A stretch of DNA of 64,000 nt. Source: an uncultured delta proteobacterium. GTDB taxonomy: Bacteria > Desulfobacterota > Syntrophobacteria > BM002. Each line of letters opens with the position of its first letter. The first letter of the stretch is position 1. Under the pieces are notes generated by a model that saw only the letters and a program-made list of their open reading frames with translations, was not told the origin of the DNA and did not search any database. The stretch covers positions 1 to 64,000 of the forward strand of contig CAVQGX010000018.1 in NCBI GenBank assembly GCA_963712115.1, read 5' to 3'. Shown piece by piece: positions 60,761 through 64,000 of the stretch. The translations under genes and the position numbers were made by a program.

Positions 60761-61073
60761 AATGTTTTGTAGTTCCCTGAGATTCCGCCTGCAGAGCCAA
60801 GTAGGCCTCCAGGAAGCCAAAGACGAAACTGGCGAAGAAAACTTGGTCAATTAGCTCACCGTGAGCCTTCGAAAGATGATCAGCAAGTGACTTGGCGGCA
60901 CTGGGTAATGCTTCACGAAGTTTTTGGGTCAGATCAGTCGCGGTTTGGAAATGCGCCATGATGGGGTCTTGCTGGCTGACTACCTCAAAAATATCTAAAC
61001 GTCGAGTAGCTAAAACTTCAAAGGCCTTTGTAACTACATCTTCGCTCAACGTCTCATAGTTCAAGGCTTGCAT
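60759..61073 (-). CDS. Phage hypothetical protein
   Basis: GAGG RBS directly after the giant ORF. Confidence 0.65.
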   Translation of the reverse strand: MQALNYETLSEDVVTKAFEVLATRRLDIFEVVSQQDPIMAHFQTATDLTQKLREALPSAAKSLADHLSKAHGELIDQVFFASFVFGFLEAYLALQAESQGTTKH

Positions 61074-61082
61074 CGCTTCACC

Positions 61083-64000
61083 TCATTGCGCGCGGCGCCG
61101 CGCCTTTGTTGGATAGCTCAAATAAGTTTGCCGGTACCAGCGCACTGCAGAGTCGTATAGTTGACGCTGCGCCGGCGTGAGTCCTCTTATAAACCGATAG
61201 CGCAGTTTCTTCGGCATGAAGGCTAATGGGTGGCTGATTTTAATGGCCTGCCGCAAAGCCTTATAATTCCCGCCCAGGTCAAAATATTGCTTTTTGTACT
61301 TCTCAGCGAGCTTCTGATCACCGTATTTGAGTGCCTGCTTGTAGTAGTAAAGTGCATTGCTCCTGGCTGTGGGTGTGCCAATAGAAATGTCTTGACCTTG
61401 CTCCCGGAGGTATTCACCTGCCAAATGACGGATTGCATAGTACGAGGCTTCACCCGGATCCGTGCTGTAGGTGATCAGGTTAGTAAGGTCGTGAATCAGG
61501 CCCCTAGTTGGCTTACTCGCCAAGTGGCGGTAGGGCATATCCAGAGAAAGAGTCCGGGCGATATGTTCAGCGCGATCACGGATCGGTCTTGGCCGTGATA
61601 TGTCAGGCCAGAGTGATACTCCCGTTAGGATCTCGAGCAAACTGCGTTCCAGGGGTCTGGCGCCCAGAAGCACCCTGCGCAGAGGAGGCAGATCGAAAAA
61701 CTCACCCATGTCTGTGGGCATCCAACCCATTTCCTTTAGCTTTTGTGCCGGCGTACGCTCTTTGGTGATCACGTCCATGATATCGTGGGGGAGCTCACCG
61801 GCACCGAACCACTCGAGGGCATCGGATAGAGCGCCCTGGAATCTGAGCGTGATCAGGCTACCATCCTCACGGCGACCGAGGATCAGGTGCAGTTGACGCC
61901 TGCCTGCCTGTCTCAGTTTTCTTTCTTCATCAGGCCAGAACGTAGCATTGTAAAGCATGGCTGCGGCATAGAGCATACTGGCCTTGACAGCGAGTTTAGT
62001 GCCCTTCCAAGCTATTTTCTTGGCACCGACTCCCGCTATCCTGGCCTTACGGCCTTTTACCTCTCCTTCATGCGGCAGGTTTTTGATGAGCCGGACATAC
62101 CTGGGAGCGTTGATCTCCATCCACGACCAAAAATAGATTAAGTGCTTGCGAAGCCATTGACCCGCCTCGGACACTGCTCCGTAATCACCTATCAGTTCCC
62201 GGGCGAGTTTTGCGGCTTTGTCGTCTCTATTCTTGATAGCGTCTATTTCGCTCTTTTTTGAAGCTCCATAGAGATTCTTGCCCTTGGCGAGCTCTGTCTT
62301 GAAATGACGGTAGGCAGCGAGTCGAAGGACGTTCTCGCGCCACATTGTAAAGTCTTTGATGTTCTTCCACCTCGCGCGGATCCAGTTCGGCTCTTCGCCG
62401 GCAATCAACTTGAAAAGGCCTTCTTCAGTGATATCCGGGATCTCGCGTACAGTAAAACCGGATCCAACGACACCCTTGCGGAGTGCCGTACGCAACTCGG
62501 GTGTCATCTCCTTGCCTTTAAGCTGCCAGGCCCATAAATCATTGGCTGCGTCTTTGACATATTTAAGAATCTTTGGGTCATAGGCCAGCGTGATATCCAA
62601 GTCGCCGCTAAGGTTGTTGATGTTGTATTTCACCACCCGGAATGGATTAAGGAGGATCCACTGTTTCCAGGAAGTACCGATCGCTCTTGATGCCTTTGCA
62701 AACGGCCCCTGATCCGGGAAATCCCGGAAGTTGTCTAGTGTATCGGCTAATCTTGTTGGAATGACCCATTGAGTTTTTGGTCGTCTTGCCAGCACACGTC
62801 GAACGTCCGGATCTTCTAAGGATTTTTCACCAGCTTGCACCCGTTCGAGCACTTTGTCAGTAATGCTATTTACAAAATAAAATCTAGGGTGCCTGTCGGG
62901 GCTCCATGGTCGATAATCCTCCGGTTTCATGTGTTCCCACGTTTTGAACTTATTTCCCAATTCCTCTTTAACCATTGCATTTCTGCCAGCAATGGCCTTG
63001 AAAATCGTAGCGGCCTGCATGGATCCAGGGCCGCCGTCTTTGACAAGCCACCCAAGGAATTTAAACCAATTCTCATGATTGGATCCCGGCCTGGTCCACA
63101 TTTCAGGATCTTCGGGGTAATCCTCCTTGTCAGCTAGGTACTGCTCCCAGGAGTCAGCCAGGTCCTCGATAACATCGTCATAGCCGGGACCATCGAGCTC
63201 GCCATCGTAGGCCATCTTTGCGAGCTTATTGTTGGACATGGCAATGCGTTGCTTATACCCGCGAAAAGGATCAACGTAGTCTTCATCCCCAGGTACCGGA
63301 GTGCTACCGTCTTTACGAGCAGGATTGGCCTGCTTGATTACTTCACGGTAATTCCACGCTTTGGCCTCGGACTCCAACTCTCCCCTGATATCGGCTTCGG
63401 CTTGAAGCTTGTCCAGGGTATGAACGGTTTCCAACTGCGCGAGTCCCTGGGCGATCACAACAAATTCAGACTGGAGATATTCAGTGTTGAAGTCTTTGAC
63501 TGATCCTACCCTCGCGATCTGCCAGCCTTTCCTCGAGAGCCTTACATCAGCGGTGGAAGTTCCAGGAGTCAACCGCCCCATGGCCATGTATTCAAGCACC
63601 TGATGATGGTAATAGGCATCGTTTTCTAAAACTTCTTCATGGAGTAGGTTGTTTTCAACGAGTTCCTCGCGTAGCCGGCGCATAAGCTGCTGGCGAGTCT
63701 CCAATGCCGTGCGAATGTATTCGCTTTGCGCTGCGGCTCCTTTGAATTTGCCGAGGTCGGCTATCACTTCCGCACGGTTCTTGTAACCAAAAGGAAGAAC
63801 TTCTTTCTCCTCGAACATGCCGCGATCGATATCACGCAGGAGATCCGGCAGGATGATATTGCGAGTGAAGACGTCATATTCCCAATTGGCAAGATTGCCG
63901 GTAATTTTTTTAAGTGCATGCAGCGCGGTAGCCTGAGAGTATTCGGGTACGGTTAAGTACTGTCTCAAGATATCGATTAAGCGTCCGTCTGTTTTCGGAT
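61083..64000 (-). CDS. C-terminal part of a giant phage protein (large polyvalent / internal virion type)
   Basis: Frame open to the window edge; helical C-terminal signature NP.....N...D...E...R...Y...A....R....DY....F..W. Confidence 0.7.
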   Translation of the reverse strand, partial: PKTDGRLIDILRQYLTVPEYSQATALHALKKITGNLANWEYDVFTRNIILPDLLRDIDRGMFEEKEVLPFGYKNRAEVIADLGKFKGAAAQSEYIRTALETRQQLMRRLREELVENNLLHEEVLENDAYYHHQVLEYMAMGRLTPGTSTADVRLSRKGWQIARVGSVKDFNTEYLQSEFVVIAQGLAQLETVHTLDKLQAEADIRGELESEAKAWNYREVIKQANPARKDGSTPVPGDEDYVDPFRGYKQRIAMSNNKLAKMAYDGELDGPGYDDVIEDLADSWEQYLADKEDYPEDPEMWTRPGSNHENWFKFLGWLVKDGGPGSMQAATIFKAIAGRNAMVKEELGNKFKTWEHMKPEDYRPWSPDRHPRFYFVNSITDKVLERVQAGEKSLEDPDVRRVLARRPKTQWVIPTRLADTLDNFRDFPDQGPFAKASRAIGTSWKQWILLNPFRVVKYNINNLSGDLDITLAYDPKILKYVKDAANDLWAWQLKGKEMTPELRTALRKGVVGSGFTVREIPDITEEGLFKLIAGEEPNWIRARWKNIKDFTMWRENVLRLAAYRHFKTELAKGKNLYGASKKSEIDAIKNRDDKAAKLARELIGDYGAVSEAGQWLRKHLIYFWSWMEINAPRYVRLIKNLPHEGEVKGRKARIAGVGAKKIAWKGTKLAVKASMLYAAAMLYNATFWPDEERKLRQAGRRQLHLILGRREDGSLITLRFQGALSDALEWFGAGELPHDIMDVITKERTPAQKLKEMGWMPTDMGEFFDLPPLRRVLLGARPLERSLLEILTGVSLWPDISRPRPIRDRAEHIARTLSLDMPYRHLASKPTRGLIHDLTNLITYSTDPGEASYYAIRHLAGEYLREQGQDISIGTPTARSNALYYYKQALKYGDQKLAEKYKKQYFDLGGNYKALRQAIKISHPLAFMPKKLRYRFIRGLTPAQRQLYDSAVRWYRQTYLSYPTKARRRAQ

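Larger units (their letters stand above)
56950..64000 (-). mobile_element. Left part of a prophage or integrative element (continues beyond the window)
   Basis: Integrase, Xis-like HTH, repressor remnant, overlapping small ORFs, giant phage-type protein. Confidence 0.8.

Overview
Bacterial chromosomal window, most likely Desulfobacterota (Deltaproteobacteria), judging from gene content and a Deltaproteobacteria-type 6S RNA. Housekeeping genes: hisI, hisG, an aminotransferase, engB, dtd, khpA, a double-length uvrA and a PPi-type phosphofructokinase. It also carries an 11-subunit complex I operon (nuoABCDHIJKLMN, no nuoEFG) running into a heme-motif sensor kinase, and a cluster of PAS kinases and response regulators. 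From about 56.9 kb it holds the left end of a prophage/integrative element: frameshifted tyrosine integrase, putative antisense-immunity region, small ORFs and a truncated giant protein. Most notable non-coding structure: (1) a four-helix-bundle (IVS/Avd-like) gene bracketed by inverted heptamer arrays, with many empty or nested 7-9 nt repeat arms in operon spacers, suggesting a mobile hairpin-cassette system; (2) a tandem cluster of three putative small RNAs at 1.7-2.2 kb (an orphan 6S-like RNA, a sigma54-driven anti-SD sRNA and a GUGCCCCG-repeat sRNA); (3) a 16-bp box abutting the -35 of three 18-bp-spacer promoters. Several single-base frameshifts, concentrated in the prophage, may be sequencing errors. 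All calls come from reading motifs by eye; no searches were run.
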